Notes: generated by a model not told the origin, from the letters alone. A stretch of 43,476 nucleotides of DNA from Diploschistes diacapsis (GCA_023645945.1 JALAIB010000036.1:1-43476), one strand, 5' to 3'. Shown: positions 12,479 through 25,311, numbered from the stretch's first letter. Translations and numbers: made by a program.

Positions 12479-14259
12479 CTAAGACATGGCTATCCTTTCA
12501 ACATTGGAAAATCCTACAACTCGGATTGGGCCCCGAAAAACCTTTGTAAGAGCTTTAAGCTTGATGAAGTGCGCATCGTCTAAACCAACATGCTGAGCGG
12601 TATTAGCCCGTGGGCTAAGGATACTGCGGCTCAAGCGCGACTATATCGTCCTTCCAATCCCATAAAGGAGACTTTTCTCGGTAATAATATGGTCTACCAC
12701 ATGAATAAACGAGCGTATGAGTTGCTCGCACTTCTTGTACGTGGACTGTTCGATAGGAGCCGTTAAGGCTTAAAGCTATCGCCGAATGCCATGGTGTTCT
12801 GGGAAATTCCTGGCCGATTTGTTTAATCAGAGGGATCGAGAGTTTAGCTGCACCGGTTGACTGATGGATTGAAAGGCGAACGCAGCCCGGAAACTTATCT
12901 TGTAGAAGCTTCGTGGAAGACTAGAAGAATCAGGTTGAAGTCACATCATCTTGACAAAAGGCTCACTTCAGCACGCATCATCATGTTGATTGCCACTTTC
13001 TTGACAATCTTTCGGTATTGCGAACCACTCCTGATTGTTCTTGCGACCGTGCTGTGCCTTATAGAAAGATAAGAAAACAAATGGCGTCGAAGGACATACC
13101 AGGCTTACCTTAGATCAGTCTCCAGAAACTTGATGAATCCGCAATAAGTCGATAATGCATCGCGGTCAGTTCGTATCAAGTCACGAATCTCTGTTTCACT
13201 TCTGCCATAATTCTGGAGCAATATTTGTCGCGACTGCTTGACCAAAGCAAGATACATGCCTTCCCGTCAGATGTTCTTGACTAAGGCCTAAGATGTCCAT
13301 GACACGCACAAGTTTGAGATTCTTGAATCCATGTCTCTGCATAAGGACCGAAAGTTCATGGGAATAGTTCCAGGTAGTTTCGTCTAATATACCCACGATA
13401 TCTGGCTTACGATTATTCCGAGGCCGCAGAGAATGAAAACTCTTTATAGCGTCGAAAACAAGTCCGTCACTCGCGATGCATACTTCTGCACCAGGACTAT
13501 AAATCTCTCGAATGCTCTCGCAAAGATGATTTAGTCTTGCTAGAGCAAGCATCTCTCCCAAGATCTGGAAGTTTGCCAAGGACTTTGTCCACCTCGTTAA
13601 CCTGCGGAGGTTTAGCTAGTATGGCAGTTTGAGACAATATTGCATCCTACGCTCTTCCAAGGAAATGCAGGTAGAATCATCTTAATAGCCTCATTTTCGT
13701 TACACTCATCTGTATACACGGGAGGAATTGCCATTCTCCAATCCATTCCATGAACTGCGAGTTTTCTGAGCATAGAGTATGGCTACCAAAGCTTTGAAGC
13801 ACATCCAATATCCTTAGTGCTTGGTGTTCGGGACACAAGGCTTCAGGTATATTGTGAAGTCTTAAGTGGGTATAAGATACAATACCAGGTAACACCGCTG
13901 TACTAAATAGTTAACCATTGTAGTTCTTGGTGACTTGCACTTCAACATATGCTATTCGTACCAGAAACGAGCAACTTGATGCTCTCAGTGTCTTTGGGAA
14001 TATCGTCATTTACTCGTGCTCGATAGTCACCTTGGCCATTTGATGAATCGAAGTACTGTAAGAGCTTTCCAAAGATATTGGGAGTACTGACGGAGAAGCT
14101 GCATTTTAGAATTAACACGCAAATGCTTAAGACAATCCGTGTCGAGCTGCTGATGCAGTTCATAAAACACAGTAGGTGAGCAGGGCGACTTGGAAATCTG
14201 GGTAAAGAAACCATGAGTGGGTTCGTTAAGTTGCAATGCAGAGAGGAGCTGATTGCCAA
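12479..14259 (-). pseudogene. Isocyanide (isonitrile) synthase, DIT1/PvcA family, disrupted
   Basis: Minus-strand fragments in colinear order: IKMILPAFPWKS (~13690-13650), VNEVDKVLGKLPDLG / GEMLALARLNHLCESIREIYSPGAEVCIASDGLVFD, TYCGFIKFLETDLR, VRLSIHQSTGAAKLSIPL, PRTPWHSAIA, GRPYYYREKSPLWDW and the tail GPIRVVGFSN. Frameshifts near 13700 and 13558 and stops near 12600-12620. The 5' boundary (13900-14259) is uncertain. Confidence 0.88.
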
Positions 14260-14670
14260 ATGCCCTCTGCAGTCTGAGGCACAGACTAGGTTTTATCCAT
14301 TGATTTTTCTAGGTCTCTGTCAGCTAGTAACCTAGACCGATTCTTTCGTCCTGCGGATATCTCCGTCCCTCCAGTGCAGGGGATGGAGTCACGGCATTAG
14401 CGAGATACAGAACCACTGAAGGTGCAGCTGGCATGCAGGTAGGGTGCTCAAGGTAAGATCCAACAAAGAAAAGCCCTCAGAATTTCCCTTTAAGACCATT
14501 TAGGTAGGCAATCATGGATATAAATTTCTACCCGGATACTTCAGAAATACAGGCCACGCCATTTATATCTTGCACGGAGGATCTCCTAACAATAGCTTGA
14601 CAGGCAGACCTTTCCCCTATCATTTTATGCTGACACCAAATTTGAATAGCAGGCAACAACGTTTAAAAAG

Positions 14671-15970
14671 ATGACCTTAGGGAACGAGGAACAGCTTGAA
14701 TTCGATAAAGGCCTTACTGCATGGCTACAAGTAGCAGCCAGCCATGTTCTAGTGATCAATGGGTTTGGCTACTTTCCGGCATTCGGACTCTTTCAATCGC
14801 ATCGGGAAGCGACATTGGATCGTTCTTCAGCGGATGTCGCTTGGGTAGGCTCTCTTCAGCTTTGCTTGATATTCCTAATTGGAAGTCTGTCTGGACGGGC
14901 CATGGATGCAGGCTATTTCCGAGCTTTACTTCTTTCTGGGTGTGCAATGCAGATTGTTGGAATATTTGGATCTTCCTTTGTTACTCGATACTGTCAGTTC
15001 GTGTTTTCTCAGTGCATCCTGCAAGGCCTTGGGAATGGATTACTTTTCACGCCATTGGTGGCTCTAGTATCTGTGTATTTCAAAACACAACGTGCTTTGG
15101 CTCTCGGGCTCGCTGCTTGCGGTGCTCCCGTTGGAGGTATTCATATTCCTCCTTGTACGCTCTTTCCCTTTCATCATGCGCTTGATCCTTAACCAAACAT
15201 AGATTGCACGCCAATTGGAGTTGCAGATCAGTTTCGCGTGGGTCATTCGCATCATGGGATTCGTCGTCCTTTTCAACACCAGCATCATTCTTTTCATCGC
15301 CCGGCCACGTAAGCTACAGAAATTATCTGGTCCCTTGGTCGAATGGGCTGCTTTCCGTGAGCTGCAATATGTCTTATTCGCTATTGCCATAGCATTTTCG
15401 CTGATGGGCATTTACACGGCGTAATTTTTTGTCTTTCTCCCTCTCTTGAGCTCGAGACTTTCACTCACTCTTATACAGACTGCCACCTTTGGTCGTACCG
15501 TAATAGGCATCTCGCAGGCAACCTCCCTGACAATGTTGATCATATTCAACGCAGTTGGGATTTCGGGACGTTTGGTCCCTGCGATCATCGTAGATCGATT
15601 GCATGGTGCGTTCAATACGCTTATTCCATTCACTTTTATCTCGGGACTTTTGCTTCTTAGCTGGATGGCTGTTACGTCCAAATCCGGATTCACGGCTTTT
15701 GTGGGTATTTACGGTGTTACAGCCAATGCATTTGAAACCTTGTCCCCCGCAACTTTAACAACACTGACTACAGATTTAAACAAAATTGGAGTCGGACAGG
15801 CATGGTATTTACTGTTGGGAGTATTGCTTGCTTGACAGGAGCCCCCATTGCAGGGGCATTGACAGGCTTGGATGATGGGGGATACCGTTATATGCAGCTG
15901 TTTAGCGGTATGGCGGTGATGTTTGGGCTATTTTATTAGTAGCCTCCAGGCTAGTGCGGACACGTCACTG
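14671..15970 (+). pseudogene. MFS monocarboxylate-transporter family (MCH-like) permease, frameshifted
   Basis: DKGLTAWLQVAAS, WVGSLQL, SGRAMDAGYFR, QGLGNGLLFTP, YFKTQRALALG and GRLVPAIIVDR. Apparent +1 shift near 15141 (exon phase mismatch) and -1 shift near 15792, where the expected RTGMVFTVGSIACLTGAPIAGAL lies in another frame. Confidence 0.8.
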
Positions 15971-16363
15971 AGTTTAAGCTGTTATGATCATACGGACAAA
16001 ACCTCACTCCGACAGTAAAGTGGGATTCAAGGCTTCTCGTTTACCCTTTGTTGCTTCAAAATCTCATGTGTGGCTATAACCGCTGCTCTTATCGAGAACT
16101 AACCGGGATCTGATCTATCGAAAGATTTGATTGGGCGCCTGTTTGACCCTAACGAGGTGGACAATCTCAGCAACAAGACGCAAGTGAAAAGAGATAATCT
16201 TGTCTTTTCTCGTGGACTCAGAAAACATAGGTCTAGTTATTACGCCTTAACACAAGAATAGTATTATCTAGGCTTTTTTAGTTTGTCATCTTTGGGAAAC
16301 GGCTTTTAAGGTCATAAATCTGAAGAAGTTCAATAGTCAAAGTTCCAGCGTATATACCTAGCC

Positions 16364-17841
16364 ATGAAGATTCCAATCTTTCAGCTTATCTTCTTTCCAG
16401 GTCTTTCTCTCATTGACTTAGGATATCAAAATGTTTCTGAGATTTTAGGGATCGCTTATCAACCTATGGCTACAACTTGCGGTCCTAACTCTTTCAAGAT
16501 TGCGTGCGTCTACCGCTTTGGTACTATCCTGCCGCCCTCGTTTTTCAAGAACGCGGATCCAATAGTGAGCTACTCCAATACAAAAAAATATCCGGGACCC
16601 ATCGGGAGTTAGTAAGTAATACCGACCTCGTGGTATTTGACCGGCAAACAGGCTTGGAGATCCTTGGAACGGTTCCTAAAATATGGCCTCGATATCTGGA
16701 GGTTCTTAACGTTATACAGTCAGGTGCCAAAAGTAGTTAGGTACACCATAAGCGGCAGTAAAGGGACAGTCAACCCTTTACTGCCGCTTATGGTGTACCT
16801 AACTACTTTTGGCCTAGTACTGTATATGAAGCACTTACATATATACCTAATTTCAACAAGCCTTTCTGTATTTAAGATGGACCACCCGGGAACCTATCTG
16901 ACATTATGATCGACTTGAGTTACGATCCACCCCTTGTGGAGTTATTCATTATCGACCCTCCGGTATATCAACCAACTGGTGATATCCTCTATAGAACATG
17001 ATATACTGGGCGATGTAAGGGAACAACATATTACTACTTAACGGTAATATGCAATGGCCTGGCGCGGTTCGGGTCGATTTAAAGACCTATAGAGCAGAAT
17101 GGCTTATAAAAACTTTTTTTTGGGTTTTACTTCAGAGGGTTGAATAACCTGACCATAGACCCAATTGGAGACATTTAGTTTACAGCTAGCGGTATGTACT
17201 CGATTCTTGTATTGAATGAATCTGGATCTTTTACTGTTTTTTTTAGATTATGCGTATGGCCTGGGTCTATCCAACATGTCTAATTACCTTCAATTTGCAA
17301 CGTACCGATTTCCACACTCGACCGGCGAAATTGCGGTAGTAGAGTCTTCGCTCGAGTATCCCAACGGCATCGTCTTTTCTCGGGACGGCAAGACTCTACA
17401 TATTACAGACACTGATCTAGAGACTGTCGGCCGTAATGCGAGCAAAGGCAAGAATAACTTCTATAATTATCCTATCCGTATTTATTTTACGTCCACATTT
17501 GCTCGCAATATCTATGCCCTTGATGTACGTAGGACGCCTGCCGGAGCCTATCTCGGCGGGAAACGGAGCATCTTTCAAGCTTTGGAAGGAAGCCCGGATA
17601 GGCTCAAAATTGCGGTAAATGGCTATATTATCGCAGGATGTGGTCTTTCCAACGGAGCTGATATTCTCGATCAGTATGGATCGCTCATTGCTCGCATTCA
17701 GACCAATCACCCTGTAGAAAACATGGCATTTGCTGGACCAGAGCTGAAGACGCTCTACCTCACGGGCATCGGCGGCATAACAAGGGTTGATTGAAACCTC
17801 ACCGGCCCAGATCCCAACAATTACTATGAACGGGGCATCTG
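16364..17841 (+). pseudogene. SMP-30/gluconolactonase (calcium-dependent phosphotriesterase beta-propeller) family protein, disrupted
   Basis: YPNGIVFSRDGKTLHITDT, SPDRLKIAVNGYI and ENMAFAGPELKTLYLTG. In-frame stops at 16873, 17176 and 17792, frameshifts, and a MITE insertion at 16717-16822. Confidence 0.85.
16717..16822. mobile_element. 106-bp MITE or internally deleted Tc1/mariner-type element
   Basis: Ends CAGT...ACTG flanked by TA at 16715-16716 and 16823-16824. Perfect 40-bp inverted repeat (16726-16765 / 16774-16813) with an 8-nt spacer. Removing the element plus one TA restores the host frame (...NVI-YEAL...). Confidence 0.85.
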
Positions 17842-18407
17842 ATCTACATCAACGTAGGGGGCCTAAAGCGGGCACTTTTTTGAAAATAACTTCAGGATCT
17901 CTGATTGTTTGTGAAAAGCCAGAGTGGATGTGCCTACTTGTTCCATACCGACGAGTATGCAAGTGAGCTTGAGCTTTATCAGAACCTGAAATGATCGCAA
18001 CCACACCTGAATTAAATAGATTCCATCCAGCCTGCGGCTGATTTTATGCAACAAGGCTGAACATGCAAATTACTATCACGATATCAATAGCTACAGCTGT
18101 GGTGTAATTAGCGGCCCACCGTAAGCAAAGTTTTGTTCGTAGCTTTGGATCGTTGCAAACGATATCAGATTGAATACAGACAATGATTCACGCAGGGATG
18201 AAAGAGTTCTTTTTTACCCCCATTTGTGGAACATTAAGCCTCAAGCTTGAACGTTTGCTCGATCATCTGATAATCTATGGATATTTATTTAGAAGCCTGC
18301 CTCTGTTATTGTTCTACGCGGACTAGGATTTATAACTTAACGTGAATGAGTCGTTCTTTAAGCCGATTAGTACCTACGCTTATATTGGGACAAGTTGTGG
18401 AGAGATC

Positions 18408-19379
18408 ATGGCCATCTATCTAGTTACTGGTTCTTCCAGAGGTCTTGGCCTGGCTTTCGCCTCATCTTTGGTAAGCCAGCCCGCAGACCAAGTTGCTAAA
18501 GCCATTGCTTCCTCTCGAAACAATCCGAGTGAGGAGCTTTAAAATATCATTCAAGGTTCTAATCACTGCGTCATGTGGGTCTAACTTGACATTATAGATA
18601 AGAGAAGCGTAAATCAGGCCGTGAGCGACGTTGAGGATCATTTTGCGTGGTTCCGGACTCAACGCCCTTGTCAACAACAGTGGCATTATCAACTGGCAAG
18701 CACCTGAAACTGGTATTGAAACAACGTTCGTACCATAATACGTGTAATTCAAGTAACGACTAACTTGGGCCGTGAAAGAGATGATTTTAAACATCAGTTT
18801 TCTGTCAACGCTGTGGGCACACACAATGTCACTAGCGCTTTTATTCCGCTTCTGGAAGAGGGTATTTGAAGAACATTGCAATGCTGTTTGTGTTAGCCTC
18901 CAAAGGGATCCTGTAAGACTTTCTAATGAGCAGTAGATCGACTACGGTAGGATCAATAACCTTGGCACCCAAGTATAGTGTCTTCAACCCTCCAGCATGA
19001 AAAGTTAGCAAAGCAGCGTTGAACATGCTCACTGTCCAGTACGTACTGTACTTCAAGGAAGAAGGTTTTACGGTTGTTAGTATCAGCCCGGGAGTAAGAC
19101 TTTCTCTGTCCTTCTTTCTTTCTTTCTTCCTTCCTTCCTTCCTTCCTTCCTTCCTTCCTTCCTTCTTTGTTACATCGCTTATGATGGTCGTTAGTGGTGT
19201 CTCACGGACTTATGAAGGCCCAATGCAGACCTTAGTGCAGAAGAAGGTACAGAAGCGGTTCTGAGCGTGATCCACAAAAACGGTCCAGAGGCTACCGGAA
19301 AGTTTTTCGATATTCGTGTAGCAGGATGGAGAAGCATGAGGGCTTGAATCAGTACGACGGTACCAATCCACCGTGTTAG
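18408..19379 (+). pseudogene. Short-chain dehydrogenase/reductase (CsgA/C-factor-like), disrupted
   Basis: MAIYLVTGSSRGLG (TGxxxGxG), LVNNSGI and PA*KVSKAALNMLTVQY, where the catalytic Tyr of YxxxK is replaced by TGA at 18998. Further TAA stops at 18540 and 18582. Confidence 0.88.
19111..19167. repeat. Compound (CTTT)n(CCTT)n microsatellite inside an intron of the SDR pseudogene
   Basis: Read directly; lies between the GTAAGA donor (~19094) and a TAG acceptor. Confidence 0.9.
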
Positions 19380-20235
19380 GCAACAGAAACTTTCGCTGCT
19401 TTGCGACTAGGCTAGGGAATGATGATAACTGGATGACGGGAAAGCTGCCAAATTTCCGAAGTTGCCTGCATGTGTTACAATACCTACGAAGTGACCCTCA
19501 GAACAAAGGTTAGCACCGAGCCAGTCAGGCGCCACACAAGAAGGGGTCCTTTGCCCTATAAAAGAAAAGAGCTCAACATGTCCTCTCACTAAAAGATATA
19601 TGTAAAAGGCCCCCTAATTTCATTGCGCCGACTTAGCATGAATACCAAGCTATCTCAGCAGAACCCTACCAAAATGCCTAGCATCAGTAATGTTCTTAGA
19701 ACTTGTCAAACAATCAGGAAGTGCGTCACATTGGGCTGGAAACTTTGAGTAGGTTGTTGTTTGTGCATTGTAATGTTGCCTGACGGATAGATTAGGCTGA
19801 ATTTGAGTAGGACCCTGGGCTAGATTCTACCGCCAAAATTGGACGGTGACTTTAAGTAGAACTTCAGCTCGCGATAGTAACAGCGGCAAGACACTCGCCG
19901 CAAGGATGCATCTTTGAATTGTATTCAAACACGCTGTACCTGTCTGGCTACTGTGCCACCTTTCAGCAAATGTCATCCAAGTTACGTTACAGCAATGGTG
20001 GAAGCTACTTGTTGCTACGAAAGGTTGGATGCCTTAAAAATAGCGGCCACTTTTGATAGCCGTCCTTGTTTCGAGTATAATATAAACCTATGATATTATC
20101 GAGTTTTTCGACTAAACCAGCCCTCTTTTCTGTGCGAACGTTTAACCTTGATGGCTATCATATACCTTATTTACTTATTCGTTAGCCTGGTACGGCTGTC
20201 AATTTAATTCCCTACCTCCGAGACTCTGGCAACAG

Positions 20236-21050
20236 ATGCTTTCCCTTTGGGGTTGGAATTTCGGAGCCCCTGTTAATGCAAGCTTCGATTATGTCGTGAT
20301 TGGTGGAGGTACTGCTGGCCTGACCCTCGCAGCAAGGCTATCCAAGATCTTCAGTGTCGCTGTCATTGAAGCTGGAAGTTTCTACGAGATCGGAAATGCA
20401 AATCTCAACCAGATCCCTCTGGATGATGCGTATTTTGTTGGAAAAGACCGCAATGACTTCAACCCCCTTGTGGATTGGGGTTTTGTAACTACACCACAAG
20501 CAGTTAGTTGTTTGCTCTTGCTTCATTTATACTATTCTACCCCGTACTGAACCGAATTGCAGGGCGCTTTAAATCAATCATGCCTGTATGCTCGAGGAAA
20601 CACACTCGGCGGTTGCTCAGCGAGAAATTACCAGCGAGCAACAGCGATGGCATACGAGAAGTGGGCAGCCCAAGTTGGAGACTCGAATTACACACTGGAC
20701 AATTGGCTTCCCTTCTTCGAAAAAAGTTTACATTATATTGCGGCAGATTTATCAAAGCGAGCTGCCAACGCAACTCCGGACGTTGATATATCGAGTCTAG
20801 GAACAAGATCTGGACCCCTTTCACTTACATTTGCAAACTATGCGCAAGCACATTCATTGCGGTTTCAGAAAGGATTCCAAGAGATTGGAATTCGACCAAT
20901 CAACGGCTTTACGAGCGGAAACTTACTGGGTCCTCGTACGTACTAGGAACTATTAATTCTACTACGCAGACACGAGAATCCTCTTAAACATCGTTCCTGC
21001 GGTCTTGTCTGGGATCGGTCAACCACAAATTGGTTATATACCAATCCACA
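20236..21050 (+). pseudogene. GMC oxidoreductase, 5' fragment only
   Basis: FDYVVIGGGTAGLTLAARLS...VAVIEAG FAD-binding motif, YARGNTLGGCSARNY and GFTSGNLLG. A frameshift and stop follow near 20940-20990, and no C-terminal substrate domain is recognisable. Confidence 0.85.
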
Positions 21051-21900
21051 TGTGTCGGAAGACCGCAAGGCTTGCTTACACGTTGCGTGCCGTTCCTGGT
21101 GCTAAATTTTTTAAAAGGATATGATAGACGACAACGCGACCAGGATGCGATGGGAACAGCGTATAATTTCTTTTCATTTAGAGCTGGGAACAGGTAGAGT
21201 TCCTAGAGACAACCATGGGACACGAAAATGCGGCCGGCGATATTAAATACGGTAAGCAACACAGGTAAGTTACTGTTACTGCGAAGATAGCGTTAAGACA
21301 TACGGGTGAGCGACACTTTGATACTGTCCCTTATCTTTGTCAGTTGCTTCTGGAGTTCCCATCAGTCATCTACTTGTTGTATGGCGTGTGCCTTCTCAAC
21401 TACAACTCTTTGATTGTTGTAAAAACGGGCTTAGAAGTAATGGGTGTTCGCTATCAAGTATGATTGCCTTTGAAATCAAACAATATCTATTCGGCGAGTG
21501 CCCTCGTACGTCATTTCGATTCAGGTAACTCAATTATCTTTAATTGCTTGGTATCTTACAACAGCCATGCCGTACACATACATCTAAACCGACACTGCTA
21601 GCTTCATTAACTTATACTTGCCTCTTGGCGTTCTATCAGAAGTTAGGTATCAGGCTGAACCACTGCTATCAACCCGGCTATGTAAGTGGGTGCTGTGCTT
21701 TAGTAGTGCCTTACTGTCCTGCCTTTATCAAGTTCTCTGGCGTTTCAGGGATTATTCAAACAGTCTAAGATTGCAGCATCTCTGGTATCTTTAATTAAAG
21801 CTTGGGTGCTAGTCTATTCTCCCCTTCCAGTCATCAACGAGGGTCTTTAATTGTTATTGAGATCGTTTATGGCTGGCATCTACGAACAACAAAGCTCATC

Positions 21901-23179
21901 ATGGCAGGCCCCACTTTGTCTCCTGCTGAACGATCTCAAGACCGAAGCGCCTATGTAAAATCAGGAGTTCCCTGCTTGATACTGGCTCTTCTTGGGGTTG
22001 TTGGCCGTCTTCATGCTCGCAAAGTTAAAAGGAGACGTTTGGATACATCCCACTACCTAATCATTCTAGGAACAGTTTTTTCTACTTTGCGAAGCGAGCC
22101 TTGTCTTTTCTAGTAACTCTTGCCCCACGAAATCTCATTTCTTTTCAGCTAACAGGGGCAAAGGTCTAAACTATGGCTTTGGCAGGCATATTGAAACACT
22201 CACGGATGATGAGATTGTGACTTTTCTCAAGGTTAGTCTTTGGAACTAGATGCTCAAGTTATGTTTTTTTATTATAACCAGATTTTCTTCGCGGCTGAGT
22301 TCTTTTACGCGATGACAATCACTATCATCAATTTATCAATAGTTTTTCTTTTATTGCTCGATGTTTGCGGAAAAAAGATTCGTCCTTGTTGCAAAATTCA
22401 TCGGTATATTCGTCCTAGCTTGGTGCATATCCTGCGTTTTCTCGGTTCTTTTCAGTTGTGTCCCGGTATATGCCTTTTGGGATACTACGGTGCCGGCAAA
22501 GTGCATCGACAATGCAAAACTCTTCATTGGAGATGCGATACCAAATATTTTCATAGATGCTTGCATTTTAGTACTCTCCATCAGCAAGGTCTAGCAGCTC
22601 CAGATCTCCAAAGGCCGAAAGTTCGCAGTATTAGGCCTCTTCCTCCTCGGCAGTTTGTAAGTTTCTATCAAGAGCGCCCATTTTTCATCATCGACCCACT
22701 AATTGCATGGTAGTGTTTATAGTTGCGAGCATCATGCTATTGGTTCTCATCTTCCACGAGGACCTGAGTGACCCAACTTGTAAGCTACTGGCGGCCAAGC
22801 TCATCGATTCGAATATTAATACATAGAATATGTAGGGGGCCTTGTGAATGCCTTCATATGGTCCAATATCGAAGTCAATATCGCAGTTTTGAGCGCCTGT
22901 CTGCCCACATTCCGACCCCTAATACAGGCGCTATTACCCTCGAATCTAGGTAGTCGACCTACAGAATTTGTCGAGCCTCGTGCTCGGGGCCGCGAATATA
23001 AAGATGCTATGGGGGCACGTTCACATTATTCGATGAATGGGTTCCAATTCCTCCCCGACTCGGTCGGGCAGGAAAATTTGATAAGTTCGGGACAAAGATC
23101 AATCCAACACCATATGAGTTCTGATGGTATTAAAGTGACGCACAAGATCTCTACCGAAAGTGAAATCTTGTTCAACTAA
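21901..23179 (+). pseudogene. PTH11-like (fungal rhodopsin-domain) integral membrane protein, disrupted
   Basis: GFGRHI, FSCVPVYAFWD...KCID, IPNIFIDACIL and WSNIEVNIAVLSACLPTFRPL. Frameshift near 22350 and a TAG at 22592 where Trp is expected. Confidence 0.82.
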
Positions 23180-23350
23180 GCATTAATCTGCTTTCACATC
23201 ATAGTCATAAGTAGACCGGCCATTCGGGGTGTCGGCGTTGATGAAGCATACCAGGAGAAGATTCTGGTCGAGGTTATCAGTTTTTTAACACCTTTGGCGC
23301 ACTCTTGCTAGCCAAACTCGAAGGCTTCGCGTTTTCTCTCGTAATTCTTC

Positions 23351-24393
23351 AAGGTCAACCATGCAGCCGTGCTCCATGAGAAGCACGCTAAAGCTGTCTA
23401 TACCGAACGGCCAGTGCCAGAGCCAGGCGCAGATGAACTAAGAGTACGCAACCGAGCAGTTGCGGTCAATCCGGTCGACTAGAAGATTCAGGACTACAGC
23501 TTATTCGTTGAGAAATACCCGAATGTGTTGGGTAGCGATGTTTGCGGAGTAGTCGATACGATAGGATCAGATGTGACCAAATTCAAGACTGGGATCGAGT
23601 GGCGGGTTTTGCAGTTACCATATACAACTCTAACATCGATCATAGTGCTTTTCAGACATACCGGACATTGCGTGAGATCTCATCGATGAAGATACCTGAC
23701 ACCCTGAGCTTTTGAACAAGGCAGTGTGTTTCCAATGGCCATGGCCACCGCTTGCATTTCACTTTTGTGAGTCTAGGACTGCCAAAACCTCCCAAAGACC
23801 AGGTCAGCTGGGACGCCAATGTCAAGGCACTTCTTATTAGGGGGGGTGGCTCAAGCTTGGGGCAGTGCGCCATACAGATCGTGAGACTAGCAGGAATCGA
23901 GACATTTGTAGTGGCAAGTGCGAAGCATCATGCTGCTTTGACAAAACTCGGCGCCACTCACTGTTTCGACTACCATGATGATGATACAGAGGAGCGAATT
24001 GCAAAGACAGCTAATGCAAACGGGTTGTCAATTGATTTGGCATACAATACTATCAGCGAGAATGGCACACTACACCGATGCGCCAAGGCTCTCAAGACAG
24101 CCAGCCAACAATCCGAACCAACACTCAGTTATGTTCTCTGGCAACCTGAAGGGCAAGCACCACCCGAGGGCGTCAGGCCGGAGCTCACAGTAGCCATGAG
24201 GGTGGGAGGCGACCAGCAAGAGCTAGATCAATGGTTCTTCAATGATTCGCTGGCAAAGGCATTAGCAAGCAGAGAAATCCTCCCTGTTCCAGAGATTGTG
24301 GTATGCCCTGGCGGTATTCGCGCGACCCAGGCAGCCTTAGACAAACTCCGCCATCGCGTCAGCGGCAAGAAGCTGGTAATTCAGGTAGAGTAG
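23351..24393 (+). pseudogene. Zinc-type alcohol dehydrogenase / trans-enoyl-reductase-like protein (MDR family), disrupted
   Basis: PVPEPGADELRVRNRAVAVNPVD*KIQD (TAG at 23480 for Trp), YPNVLGSDVCGVV, LLIRGGGSSLGQCAIQ, LGATHCFDYH and VSGKKLV. No intact ATG; additional frameshifts. Confidence 0.85.
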
Positions 24394-25311
24394 GTAGCAT
24401 GGACGGGGGCTCGTTATGCACGCTGAGATGCCAGAGTCTTATTTGGTTGCAGGAGAGATTTAGTGCCCAAGAGCTCGAGACTGAAATCAGGGAACTAGGC
24501 AACTTGTTTGCTTTTTGCATACCTAGCTCAGCCACAATCAAGGTATCCATCAACCCAGTACATCTCTGCCCATGCCATGCAGGCTTGCAGGTATGCAAGA
24601 GCCAGCTATCCGGCTGCCTGAGGCCGATTGCCTTTCATCAACTGCGTCTGTCCTAGCCTGCACATCTCCGCTTACTGGGACATACTGCTTTTGAACGCAC
24701 CAAACATAGTAGAGATCATGAGAAAAGGCCATTGACCTTGTAAAGAACCGCAGATATCATGTCCAAAGCATGCACCCGTGACTCGGAAAGTTTGCAACTG
24801 GTCATGCAAAAGCCCTTGAGGTGTGCAGCTCGAATGCACAGCACTCCTGTGCAACATGTCTGCTTTGGGTGTGTTGACCGATGTCGTACGAGCTCAAAGA
24901 TCATGCAAGAAGCTGCAGCAATCGAAAAAAGGAGAGTAGGGTAAGAGCTGTGGCTACTGAAATATGACCTGTCCAAGTAAGGCATGCAATAGGAACCCCC
25001 ATCAAGGGCTGGAGGTGAGGAGCTCCTTTATCAACGCTATGACTTTTGCCCCAGCCACGCCCTTGTTGAATTCCTCGCCGTCGGCCTTGCTCAATATGTC
25101 AAACATATTTCAAACCTCTCTAATCTATGATACACTTCTAACCTCTATCAACAAGATATTTTAGCTTGCGGAGCGAAAAACTTTACAGTCAGCAAAAATA
25201 GTTTATTACCCTTTGCTGTTTTTTCTCCCAATGCTCCGTAAGCCGGGATAAACTAAACGAGTCTCACCATTCTCTTCATCTTTCCGACGATGTAAGATCA
25301 TAGTTTTAATT

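Noticed and set aside
16726..16813. Hairpin as a tRNA, structured ncRNA, terminator or CRISPR element
   Set aside because: No cloverleaf or repeat-spacer array, and the context is eukaryotic. The TA duplication, CAGT termini and frame-restoring excision favour a MITE.
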